Shown: positions 51,082 through 64,000 of the stretch, piece after piece
Layout of the letters: each line of letters starts with the position of its first letter
Numbering within the stretch: position 1 is the stretch's first letter
Origin: Octopus vulgaris
Taxonomy: Eukaryota
Assembly (NCBI GenBank): GCA_951406725.2
Contig: OX597832.1
Location: 71,362,001-71,426,000 of the forward strand
Direction: 5' to 3'
Length of the DNA stretch: 64,000 bases
Position numbers and translations under genes: made by a program
Notes under the pieces: model-generated
Told to the model about the DNA's origin: nothing
Database searches by the model: none
The model's input: the letters and a program-made list of their open reading frames with translations, nothing else

Positions 51082-54000
51082 AATTATTGTATACAGTGCT
51101 CAGGTGCACCACAACTTGTCAAAAGTGCATATAAAGTATATGCAGTAATGTACAAATGTCTGGAAAGTGGACAGTGTATGAGTCAGATACATGCTTGCAT
51201 GTGTATGGAGGGGGGAAAATCAGGTGTAGTGTTGGCGAATCTCAGGAAGCATGGAAGTTTTGAAGGATGCAGTGCTCCAACAACTAACAATTGATGCCGG
51301 TAGTCTGTTCCATGCTTCAGCAACTCTTAGCATGAAAAAATGTTTCCAAAAGTCTTGGAAGCTGTGCTGTTTTCTGACTTTGCAAACATGTCCACGGGTG
51401 TTAGACAGGTGGAGTTTGAAAAGGTACTCAGAGTTATTGTTTGTAAGATGGTTAATAATTTTATGGGTGTCTGCCAAGTCAGCTGCCAGATGTCGGAGTT
51501 TCAATGTGTCCATGCCAAGGGAAGTAAGGCGTTCAGAATATGGCAAATGCCTGATGGAGGGTATTCTCTTGGTTGCACGTCACAGAATGGCTTCCAGATG
51601 ATTAATATCCTGGGCAAGATAGGGGTTCCAGACCGGTGATGCAAATTCCAGGTGAGGTCGTACCATAGCTATATAAAGCCACAGATAGATAGCCAGAGAG
51701 TGGCTCACAAAGGACTTGGTGAGTGATGCCAAGACACCCTCAGCCTTCTTGGCAATTTTAGCGATGTGTTTTGTCCAACGCAAATCGCTGTCGACAATAA
51801 CACCCAGGTCACGTTCACATGAAGACTTTTTGAGATTAGTGTTGTAGAGGGAGTAGGTAGACGCTGTTTTTCCTCCCAAAATGCATGGTGGTACATTTGT
51901 CCACAGCCAGCTTGAGTTGTCAGTTCATGATCCACTGCTGCATTGTGTCCAGGTCTGCTTGCAATAGAGATCTATAGTGTACAGGATCTGACCTCTTTAT
52001 TTCGAGATACAGCTTGATGTCATCTGCATATTTCAGCACTGTGGCATTCTTTAAGTTGGCATCTATGTCATTAACATATACAACAAATAAAAGGGGACCA
52101 AGAACAGATCCCTATGGTACACCATAGGATGAAGAATGCTGTCCTAGAACTGTGACAACCTCTTTTCGGCCGATAATAAAGGACTTCAACCAGTTATAGA
52201 GATCGTCTCTTACACCCATCACAGAGTTTCACCATAAGTCTTTTGTGTGGCACAGAATTAAAAGCCTTAGCAAAGTCCAGGTAAACAACATCCACCCAGG
52301 ATCTGCGATTAGGGATTTGGGTAATGTCCTCAAGAAACTCGATGAGTTGATTACAGCAGCTGGAGTTAGGAATAAAACCAAATTGTGATGGCTGGATGAG
52401 GCTGTGAGACTTCCAGAAGTTCCAGAGGGTTTCCCTGACACAGGATTCCATCAGTTTGGCGATGCAGCTAGTAAGACTAAGGGAGCGATAGTTAGCTGGC
52501 GATGTGCGGTCACCTTTTTTGAACAGAGGGATAACACTGGCACTTTTCCACTGCTCTGGAGTAACACCATTGTCAAGACAGAATTGGAAGAATAGTGAAA
52601 GTTGGTTTAGAAGAATGTACCCATCGCGTTTGAGAAGTAGGTATGTAACACTATCGAGACCAGGAGAGGCACAGTTACGTTTATTCTTAAGGTGGCGTTG
52701 TAGCATTGCTGGTGTAAATTTCATAGTAGTTATGGAGTTCGGTGTCAGTGGTGATGGAGATGGAACATTTTGATCTTCGACAGTAAAGATACCTGCATAG
52801 CATCCAGCAATGATTTCTGCACATTCTTTGGGATTGCCAGTAATCTGCCCTGAGTGGGGATTGCAAAGGGGACCAACTGGAAAGTGAGGTCTCTGCTTTG
52901 AGTGTACATACTTCCAGAACACTTTGCTGTCAAGGTTGGTTGCTATGCGCTGTTCGAATTCAAGCACTGCCTTTTTTGTCACCTGCTTGAGATGGTTGGC
53001 TGATCTGTTGCGCTTTTTCCTGTTGATCTCTGATTTGTGCAATTTGTATTCCTGTTCAGCATTACGGCGTTCTTTTCTGGCAAGTCGGACTGCTGCAGTC
53101 TCCCAAATTGCACTATTGGGTGGTTTTCTGTGCTTGTGTGGTACCAATGCTGCACATGCCGCCCATATTGAATTCAGAATGTTCTGAAGTATAGTGTTCA
53201 CATCTCCAGAGGCATAAAATTAGAGCCAGTTTGGGCGTCACAGCTCCGTACAATAAGAGCTCCAGTCTGCTTTATTCCAGTCAAAACGGGCAGTTTGAAG
53301 ATGGTTGTGGTTTTTGTTACAACCAATCATAGACAAGTCGGCCATGATCATGGAATGATCAGAGTCACCTAAAGGTTCTTCAGTAGTGACACTAATAATT
53401 GTTTCGGAAGAAGCGGTAAGTAGCAGATCCAAAGTGTTGTTACCCCTTGTGGGGGAGGTAACGACTTGGGACCAATTTGAATTCAGCATCAGTTCAAGGA
53501 AATCGTCTGCACTTTGCGGCCAACGGAAGGCCTCCCAGTCAATCTCAGAGAAATTGAAGTCACCCACAATATAAACATAAGTGGCTGTTTTCCTGGTAGC
53601 AGCTCTGAGGATATCAAAAAGTTGTGTGTCTTGACAATAATTTGGGCGGAGTGGGGGGGTGTAAACAACTCCAAGCAGAAGTGTTGACATGGTCATGTGT
53701 ATATTGCAGAAAATTACTTCCTACTGAGATTGGTTCAAATCATCACAAGGAATTGCCGATAGATTTGATTGAACATAAACTATCACACCCCCACTATGGC
53801 GATTAATGCAGTATTTGCGGAACAGGTTGTAGCCGGCTATGCTGAAAACCCCATCACAGAGTGCAGAATGTGCCCATGTTTCCGTGACTGTGATGAAATC
53901 TGGGTCGATACTTTTGACGTAAAAGTCAAAAAGATGTACCTTGTTGCATAAACTACAGGGATTCAAGGACAGCAGTTTGTATCTGGATTTCAGATGGCGA

Positions 54001-54960
54001 TGATATACAGGGGATGGCTGATTGTTCTTGTTTAGTTTCCCATGATTTTTGTATTGCCAGTTGTTGTTGTGGGTGCAGTTTGCTCAGTCCAACTGATATC
54101 CCTTATCCACGACTCACCGACTTGATAAATTTCAATATTTGCCCATCATCACGTAGGCTAAAGCTTTCCTGTGGCACAGAGTTGTGACTTAGGGAAGCTA
54201 CAGATCTTAGCTTTGGGCGTACATCAGGTGGTAGGCCAGGACGTGTCCTAAAGGTAATTCTGTTTTCGCGCCGAGCCCTCTCAGCAGCTAAATGGTATGC
54301 CCGCACCTCAGTTTCCTGTACCAATTTGGGGTATTCTGCCAAAATGTGTGCCACCGTCTCATTCCAAGTTCCATAGGCTCTACATTTTTCTGACACATTC
54401 TCTCCATATATATATTTTCTCAAGTTGTTTTAATTACTTGATCTTAGGCTTCCACAATTAGGCTCTCCATTTCTTTTTTTAATTGTCCCATTTTTAAACA
54501 AACCCAGGATTTTGTTCCACATACATCTTCAGTGGATCTCCAAAATTGGCCATGCAAGGGTTTCTCTTCAATCTGTCAGACATGCTCTCTTTGTATTTCA
54601 TTCTTGTCTGTTTCTCCTATAACATGCTTGATCATCTATTTTATATTTACTGCTTTTGGTAGTTTTTCTAGGCTGCTCTGTAAATACTCTACTAGGCTTT
54701 TTCTTTTTATCTATACACATTCTTCTACTGCTATTAAACCTCTTTCACCCTGGTCTCTCCTCAAGTACAGCCAGTGGGTTCCATATATTGTCAACTATTT
54801 CCTAGTTTTTCTGTCAAGTTTCTTGTATAGTTTTTGGTCCAGTCTATAATTCCAACTCTATGTCTGATTTTGAGTACTGCTCTTGAAATTATTGCTTCAA
54901 TAAAATTTTTTGAATTCAGTTTTGACTGCAATAATTTTCTTACTCTACTTGTGTACTCCC
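50545..54960 (-). mobile_element. Older R4/Dong element split by a CR1 insertion
   Basis: ...ETVAHILAEYPKLVQ (to ~54316) resumes as YKKWSYDQVVNVLHWKL...KILWD...PIIIGALG (51042-50545). Confidence 0.8.
51043..54310 (-). mobile_element. CR1-clade LINE, near-complete ORF2 (APE endonuclease + RT), frameshifted
   Basis: VTETW, GGV, VGDFN, PTRGNNTLDL, SDH; PLFKKG, NYRSLSLTS, QFGF, YLDFAKAF, YADD, ERDLGV, VRPHLEF; (ATT)n tail at 51043-51078. Confidence 0.93.
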
Positions 54961-54966
54961 TATATT

Positions 54967-55052
<86 letters not shown>

Positions 55053-55636
55053 TTTTTTGGTCTATCAATGTTGAATCCCCATTACTTTCTTCTAGCATAC
55101 CCACTTTCATAATTAATTTAAATTAGAATTATTAATATTAATATTTTTTTTACATTCATTTATTTTATATCTTTACAATAGTTTCCAAAAGCAGAGAGAT
55201 TGCTATCAAGAACTTTCTTCTACATTATTTTTTTAAAAAAATTACAAATGTTGAAATCAAAAACTTCAGTATATTCAGTAACCTTAACTTTTAAATTTCT
55301 TTCTGTTTCTTTATCTCATTTTTAAACCAGGTATAAGATATATTAATTCATTTTTTTTTCTACTTTATTTCTGAAACACCATTAAAATATTACTGAAAAG
55401 AAGATATTCAGATATTATCAATTAAATTATACAGCCTCAAATATAAATTCAATTATTGATTCCAATACCACTATTGATATTGATACAAACTATTTTGTTT
55501 GTTGGAGTAAAGAATTAATTGCACAGATCGTTTAGATAAAATTACATTTTCTTTTAATAATTGTGAGCTAATTTTGATTTTATATTCAGATTTAGAAGAA
55601 ACAGATTTCAATTGAATAATCGTATTCCAAATTGTA

Positions 55637-55683
<47 letters not shown>

Positions 55684-57582
55684 GAATTAAAACCTTTCAA
55701 AATGGGTTTTTCTTTTTCAAGTTATTAAAGTCATGTTGCCTGCTAATTTATAAACAATAGATAACATTTACAAAAGACATTTGGTAAATTTATGAGCAGT
55801 TTTATACTATTTTATTTTTCCTCTTGAGATTATATCAGAATATAAAATTTCAGAATGTTGAATAGAAAAATTTCATTTGATGTCAATCATTATTAAGCGA
55901 CTATGAATGTGTTACATCTTAGTTGAATGATGAGCAATTTCATGTATCCACTGAATACAGTAACATGTGAATGAAATGATAGGAAACAAATTTTGTTTTT
56001 ATTTCTGTTGTCCATATATTTTGTCTTCCTTCCTCAATTATATTATATCAAAATGTTTCTAGATACTTCTTACTTTCTTTCTTCTTTTCACTCTTTCTTT
56101 ATTTCTTGTTCTAATTGATCATGATCCAATGAGGATGCCTCTAAGTGGGCATTCAACCAGCTAGAAATAACAGCTAAATCTCCCATAAACTATGCCCAGC
56201 CATCTTAGAAAAGAAAGACGTGCTGAATAATATGGTTCTAATTTTACTAGAAAAAGACAGGTAATCATGGCTAGAATGTCTTTGATCATATGTCTGCTTA
56301 AGCTGGTCTGACTTACAGGCCCAATGACAAACAATGGTCTGATCAGTTAATGGCAAGGTCAATTCTACTTTAACATTGATGCTAACATACTCCAAATACT
56401 TAAATATCTTTCAGAAGACAAGAAGCTTGCTCCATGCTAATTTATTCTTTAATCTAGTTAATCAGTAAATACAGTGTTAATTATAACAGAAGCACTCTTA
56501 AGTTGGCCAAAGAAGGTTAATTTTGTCTATATTATATGGAAACATTGCTTATCTAAATATTTTCAGCTTTCTCATTGAAAATGTAATATCTTAGATTCTC
56601 ATCTTTAGTAAATAGAGTTTGCTTTTGTTGTTGTAGATTTATAGCCCTGGGTAATCTCTAATTGAGTGAAACAATGATCAAAGGTGTTTCAGCTATGATC
56701 ATTCTGTCTTTTGGATATTTAGGATGATATTGTTCAATATACTTGTCCCTTTTTAAAACGTCTGGGTATTATTTGACTGAAATTTAATTGCTGCTATTTC
56801 TAGTAAGTTCAGCAACTGCATAGAGAATTGCTACTTGTGATGAAAACAGAGAAGATTTTTTTCATATTATGTAAAAGATATGGGTTAGCACCTCATATTT
56901 CTGTGGTTGGCTTTATCTACTCCAATCCCAGCTGCCTAAATAACTTTTACTCCTAAAAGTTATCTTCATTAAAGCTGAGAAGTGAAGTCAGTAGTTTGTA
57001 TCCTGCCACTTGCTATATATTACTTTTGTGGCTAAGGCATTCAACTCTTACTGACAGAGTACACCTGACTGCAAGTGGTTATCACAAAGTGGTATAATTC
57101 ACTACATTTAAAAAAATAGTGGCAGTGCTTTATACAATTTATGACAGCCTCATTCTGGTTCTTTGCTTTTAAAGCCCTCAATAACAAGAGAAAGGCTGTG
57201 GCTTAGTAGAACAGAGGTTCTTGAAGATTCTGGAGGAGGCTGAAAAGATGTTCTCTAGATGTGATTAAGTTACTCAAGAGCATGTTTGTAATCAACTGAC
57301 AAAAGTTCATTGATTCATTTGAAGTGGAAATTAAAAAGACTGGTCATTGAATAAGGTGAGCGTCATGCTTGCTGTTGCTGTTGGAGGCTTGGGTATTATA
57401 AGTACTATGCTCACAAACTGCATTAAAAAAGATATGCAGATGCAGCATCTACAGGAAAATTGTTATTTGTATCTGCTTGAATCCTCCACAAAGTTGTTGC
57501 AATCTGAATGAAGAATGTTACCATAGTCTAGTGGTTGTGGACAGTTGACACTTTGTTACAATTTCCAGCTGTTAAATAAGAC

Positions 57583-58800
57583 AATAATAATGATAATAAT
57601 AATAAGCACCCAGAATCTGACATAGAAAGGTTATATATACAATGTATAGAAAGTGGTAGAGGCCTAATAAAGATAGAAAACTATTACAAAATAACCTCCA
57701 TAGGAATGAAAAAATACCTACTTCAGAAGCAACGAAAACTAATACAAATAGCCACAAAACACAAACAACACAAAAAAAACTGCTTTCAGTCTTTAAGGAA
57801 GCTGACAAATACAAATAAGAAGTCATACTACCTAACAACTATGAAGAAGAAGAAGAAGAAACAACAAAAGCTATAAAACAAATGAAATCCAAACTAAAAC
57901 TAGAACAGAATCGGACCATGATAAAATGATGGCAAGAAAAGCCCCTTTATAGCAAATACTGGGCTAAACTAAACGCAAAAGAAATAGACAAAGAAAAATC
58001 CCAGCAATGGCTGAGAAGCTCAGGACTCAAAGCAGAGACTGAAGGATTTTTAATTGCAGCACAAGACCAAAGCCTCCCCACCAGAAATTACCAAAAACAT
58101 ATAATGAAAAGAAACATAATAAGTGCAAAATATGTGGAGATTGACAAGAAACAATAAATCATGTTATCCCTGGCTGCCCAGTCCTGGCTAAGAAGGAATG
58201 TATTCATAGACACGACAGAGTTGGGACCTACATACACTGGAAGCTATGCCAGCACTATGGAATAACAACAGAAAAAAGATAGTATAAGCACATGCCAGAA
58301 AAGGTCACAAAAAACGAGAAAACAACCATACTCTGGGATATGCCAAAACACACAGATAGAGAAATTAAGGCCAATAGGCCAGATATAGTTGTCAGCAATC
58401 AGGAAAAAAAAATGGTTTTCTAATTGATGTATCAATACCAGCAGATGACAACGTTTCTTTAAAAGAAATAGAGAAGCTTTCAAAATACAAAGACCTGAAA
58501 ATAGAGATAACTCGAATGTGGAATCTAAAAACAGAAACAATTCCTATCATAGTGGACGCATTAGGTTTGATAAAAAAGTATTCAGACAAATACATAAAAC
58601 ACCAGGACTAACAAATATATATAACATGGAGAAAATAGCATTACTAGGCACTGCACACATCCCACGTAAAACACTTTCAATACAGTAAAATAAGAGCATC
58701 ACAGCAAACCACAGTACATACCCAAAGCACACAGAGCTGTGCTCAGTATTGCAGTGAAAGCACGTTATAAAAATAAGACAACTGAATGATAATAATAATA
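57583..58800 (+). mobile_element. R4/Dong-clade element, same family as 48652-50535, 5'-truncated
   Basis: 57845-58785 aligns with the reverse complement of 48665-49600; TAA runs at both ends. Confidence 0.9.
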
Positions 58801-58819
58801 CTAACAGTAACATCAAGAG

Positions 58820-60505
58820 AGGTATATTTGCTGTTTGTGATTTGTATGTTACTCCTCACACAGATACTATGGAAAGTGACATTGGGGTACACCTTGAAAA
58901 GTGGAGGAAAATTAAATCATCTATTATGTATGGATGACTTAAAGATCTTTGGGAAGACTGAATGTGAAATAAGTGGCATAATTTCAACAGTACAGATATT
59001 GGAATGGTATTTGGGACTAAAAAGTATGGTATGCTGATAATAAAAAAAGGCAAAGTAGTGTTATCTGATGGTGTAGAGCTACCCAACAGCAAGCAAATCA
59101 ATGATATTGAGATAAATGGATATAAATATCTGGGGGTCTTGGAATACAACAAAATCAAGGAAAGTAAAATGAAAGAAAGATTTAGGTGAGAATATCTCAA
59201 GAGAAACAAATTAATTATGGAAAGTAAGCTCAATGGAACACACAAGATCAGGGCAGTGAACACATGGGCTGTTTTCCTAATGTGATAGGATGCAGGTGCT
59301 GTTAAGTAGATAAAGAAGGAGCTTGAGGAAATGGACAGGAAAACTAAAAAAATAATGACAGTTAACAAGGATCTGCACTCCTAAAGCGATACTGACAGAC
59401 TGTATATCCCTATGAACAAGAGCGTAAGAGGCCTCATAGGATGCAAAACCTGTGTTGTCAATGAGAAGAAAAGTCTGGGATGGTACACCAAACAGCAAAG
59501 TTAGCTTGCTGCTATTAAAATTAACAATACAATACCAACCGAAAATGTGATGTTCCCACGAACATTTAAGAAACAAGATGAAGAAAAAAGAATAAACAAT
59601 TGGAAAATGAAATCACTGCATGGGGAATATCTCAGAGAAATTGAGGGAAAAGACAAGATCAACATTTGGAGATGGCTAAGAAAAAGTGATCTGAATGGAT
59701 GTACCAAGGCACTGATATGCAGCACCCAGGAACAAGCTCTGAGAACTAATTACACTAAGTTCCAAATAGATAAGAGTAGCAAATCACCCCTTTGTAGGAT
59801 GTGTGCCAGCAGAAATGAAACAATCTTACATATTGTGAATGAGTGTAGGAAGCTAGTCTAAAAGACTACAAAAGGAGGCACAATAATGTGGTTAAGTTCA
59901 TCCACTGGAGGCTATGTGAAAAGTATGGCCTGAACAGCACAGAAATGGTACGAACATGAACCAGAAGGACTCACCAAGAACAAGGAATGTAATATACTGT
60001 GGGATTTTACAATCCAATGTGACTCCCTAATCGAGACTCAGAAGCCAGATATTGTTGTGGTAGATAAAGGTAAAAAGGAAACTAAGATTATAGATATTGC
60101 AATACTTGGGGATGCAGACATAGATGACAAAGAACTAGATTGCAAAGTACAGTCTAAGAGACAAGATTGCAAGAATGTGGACTAGGAGGAGAGTGTCTGT
60201 CATTCCAGCAGTTGTAGGGGCACTTGGAGCACTAACAACCAAGTTCAAGAAGTACGTCAGAGAAGTCGGAATTGACATGAGAGCAGAGCAAGCCCAAAAA
60301 CGCTGCTCTGGTTGGGACAGCTAGGATTTTGAGATTGATACTTGTTTGTTGAATGTCTCCCATGATAATTAACAACCAAATACCAAAGTTTATAATGTGT
60401 CGAATGAGACTCTGTGAGACCTCTGACAGCAGGTTGCCATCTGCTCTCACAGAATCTACAAGAGCAAACAAGATTGAGTAATCTGAGAAGTAAAACAATA
60501 ATAAT
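58820..60505 (+). mobile_element. R4/Dong-clade element of another family, RT C-half to RLE
   Basis: HLLCMDDLK, YKYLG, LHGEY, QEQALRTNY, CRMC..H..C, KPDIVV..IIDIA, VVGALG; ends aataataat. Confidence 0.9.
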
Positions 60506-61879
60506 CACAATCAACGTCATTTTACATCTGCTTTCCATACTGGCAAGGAAAGTAAATGTAAAATAATGACGAATGGGTTTAACAGGTTGTCACAGTTTGA
60601 GTTAGTTATATTTGACATTACTGTGCTCTTAGATGGGTCAAACCAGATTTAAGCATTCTTTGGGGCCTTCCTTAGTCTCTGCTCCTTCACCAACTACCAT
60701 TAAGGTTGTCTTGTGCCTCTCAAGACAAAATAGTCCTTACTGTTCTATGTTACCTCTGTTCTTTCAAAGCAACATGATTAAGAGGGTAAAAGAGAGTGCA
60801 AGACAGAAATAAACTACGGTGAAAGAAAATGAATATGATAAGGGAAATGGAGAGGATGATAGAAGAGGGAGTAATGGAAGAGAGAGTGAGAGAGAGAGAG
60901 TGTGTGTGTGTGTGTATTGAAGGGCATAATAGAAGATAAAACAGTAAATAATAGGTAGTGATGGAAGAGAAGGAATAATGGCAGCTTCATGCTGGATGAT
61001 AAGTGAGAAAGTGAGAGATAGAGAGGAGTAGCGATAGGAGATGGTAAGAGATTAATCTGGAGAGAGAAAACGATAGCTAGAAGTACAAAGATGATGATTA
61101 GGTGTTTCAGATATGAACAAATCTGATGCAATCCCTCTTTACATAAGCATCATGATAAAAGAGAGAGATAGAGTGATAAGGATGGTGGTATAGAGAGCAC
61201 TGAGTATAAATCAATCTAATACTGTCTGTCTTTAAACAGGCACCATATTATAATAGATAGAAAAGAGGGTATCAAAGAAATAATGAGGGTGTTGGTCAGT
61301 AGTTGGAAATATCACTGTCACTATTTTAATATTCCTTTTGCCATTCTTGCATGTGTGGGTAAGTCTTCTTTCTCACACTGTAACTTACTAATAGTTTTGC
61401 ATTTTTTGTCAGCTCTTTTGTGAGGCTAAATATTTTCTGGTCAGTCTTCACCACTGTGTTCTGCATCTTCCTAGGTCTCCCTGCTCTTCCACAGTTTCCT
61501 TCCATTTTGAGTGCCTGGTACTTTTTTTTATACAGCTGTCGTCCTCCATACACATCATAAGCTTGTATGCATTCTGTGCTAGTATAGTCCTCAAGAATAT
61601 AATGATCATTATGAAACCTGCTAACGAAAAGTAAAAGAGGTAGTAGGGCAGGTCTTTCACATTTGAACTATAAAACATTTTCTGCTATGTTCTGTGCAAC
61701 TAAAAAAACTTCCACTTTTTTATTTAACAAATAATATTTTATTGAATAAAAAGAATTTTCTTTTCTTTCATGAAAAATGAAATTAAAAAAATTCAATTAA
61801 CAATTTGCTAACATATATGCATGCACTTACGCACACACATGTGGCACACATAGACTTGCACATATGCATCACTCATATA

Positions 61880-62648
<769 letters not shown>

Positions 62649-62674
62649 ATATATATATATATATATATATATTC

Positions 62675-62809
62675 TTTCTTTTCTTTTACTTGTTTCAGTC
62701 ATTTTGACTGCGGCCATGCTGGAGCACCGCTTTTAGTCGAGCAAATCGACCCCGGGACTTATTCTTTGTAAGCCCAGTACTTATTCTATCGGTCTCTTTT
62801 GCCGAACCG

Positions 62810-62812
<3 letters not shown>
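62675..62812 (-). mobile_element. SINE family 2, 3' part (young, CpG-retaining)
   Basis: Matches 27760-27890. Confidence 0.8.
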
Positions 62813-62887
<75 letters not shown>

Positions 62888-63120
62888 GGAGGCGCAATGG
62901 CCCAGTGGTTAGGGCAGCGGACTTGCGGTCGGAGGATCGCGGTTTCGATTCCCAGACCGGGCGTTGTGTGTGTTTATTGAGCGAAAACACCTAAAAGCTC
63001 CACGAGGCTCCGGCAGGGGATGGTGGTGATCCCTGCTGTACTCTTTCACCACTCTAAAGGCGGTGCTCCAGCATGGCCGCGGTCGAATGACTGAAACAAG
63101 TACAAAAAAAAAAAAAAAAA
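62888..63120 (+). mobile_element. tRNA-derived SINE with a different head but the family-2 tail
   Basis: A box tggcccagtgg, B box gtttcgattcc; tail aaggcggtgctccagcatggccgc...tgactgaaacaagta plus poly(A). Confidence 0.8.
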
Positions 63121-63124
63121 TATA

Positions 63125-63207
<83 letters not shown>

Positions 63208-63211
<4 letters not shown>

Positions 63212-64000
63212 GAATGGAGTCGAACGATGATTTAACAAAATTCCTTTATTCTCGACATATGTTTCGAAGACTGCATATTCTCAATTCCGAAGGAATAAAG
63301 GGTGCATTATGCTGCCTTCTCATCAGGAAAAACAAGGAACTTATGTCAGCATCATGACGAACAAAAACTTTTAGATGACTGCCCACACGGAGTCCATAGT
63401 GATAATGAGTGTTTCTTTAAAATATTCCGTTATAAGCAGTGACGTCAAAATTGGTTGGATGGAGAAGATTCTAAAGAGTTCAAGAGTTTAAAAATGGTTG
63501 GAATGGGAAAGTTCTAAGAATAGGAGGGTGACAGAGTGCAAGTCGTATGTATGGTGATGCGTTGTTGTTTGCTTTTGCTAATGAGATTGAGTGCCTATGT
63601 GTGTGTATGTATATAACTGCATTCGTGTCTATGTGTGTGTGTGTGTGCGTGATTGTGTGTGTGTGGGGATAAATGTCAAATACATCTAGTGGTGAAGTGA
63701 CAGTTTTATGTCTGTGTGTTTGTTTGTGCTTATAATAGAGAGAGGGAGAGAGAGAGAGGGGGAGAGGTAGAGAGACAAAGGTAGAACATACCCCAACGAG
63801 TTTGGTAGTAGTTCTTCATGTAACTGAGTATAAAAAAATTTTTCTATGGCGTTGTTGTAGAAGTAGAACCAATTTATTAAATTCAAGGAGGTTATCTATA
63901 TTATTCATCATTCATATGAGTGGAAGGTGTGCTTCCTCCAGTGCATGCACCTATAGGATTTTTCTACCATTGTGTTTACTAAAGGGAATTTGGCGAAAAG
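63208..64000 (-). mobile_element. Probable Penelope-like element 3' end, running off the window
   Basis: Intact hammerhead near an end abutting (TA)n; FRQIPFSKH-like relic at the window edge is only weak protein support. Confidence 0.55.
63249..63331 (-). ncRNA. Type I hammerhead ribozyme motif (GUC cleavage triplet)
   Basis: UUUUC-CUGAUGA-GAAGGCaGCAUA(30 nt)UAUGCaGUCUUC-GAAAC-AUAU-GUC-GAGAA. Confidence 0.88.

Noticed and set aside
55260-55640. Possible plus-strand exons after pyrimidine tracts
   Set aside because: Donor sites are weak and the peptides unrecognisable; cannot be supported.
57100-57570. Possible fossil CRE-like RT (VGGLGI motif)
   Set aside because: Single short motif; insufficient without a profile search.
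62888-62975. tRNA gene
   Set aside because: A and B boxes are present but there is no convincing acceptor stem, and it continues into a SINE body and tail.

Overview
Eukaryotic, AT-rich, microsatellite- and transposon-dense DNA. The SINE/LINE repertoire suggests a coleoid cephalopod, probably Octopus (inference). No host protein-coding gene could be established. The window contains: many 5'-truncated R4/Dong-type RLE retrotransposons in (TAA)n tracts; two RTE LINE families; a near-complete CR1 ORF2; an L1/Tx1 3' end; a decayed Gypsy pol; two full-length decayed mariners; two maT-like fragments; a TA-flanked MITE; three non-autonomous Helitrons; tRNA-derived SINEs; and one apparently intact 2857-bp hAT (SPIN/Charlie/Buster-type) element with perfect TIRs, perfect 8-bp TSD and an open 610-aa transposase. 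The most notable hidden signal is a set of eight type I hammerhead-ribozyme motifs (four with intact core and helices) in Penelope-like pseudo-LTRs and ORF-less fold-back elements sitting in (TA)n. Most have a palindromic helix III and an unusually long helix II (30 to about 116 nt). Coordinates were read by eye; ends of degenerate elements are approximate.
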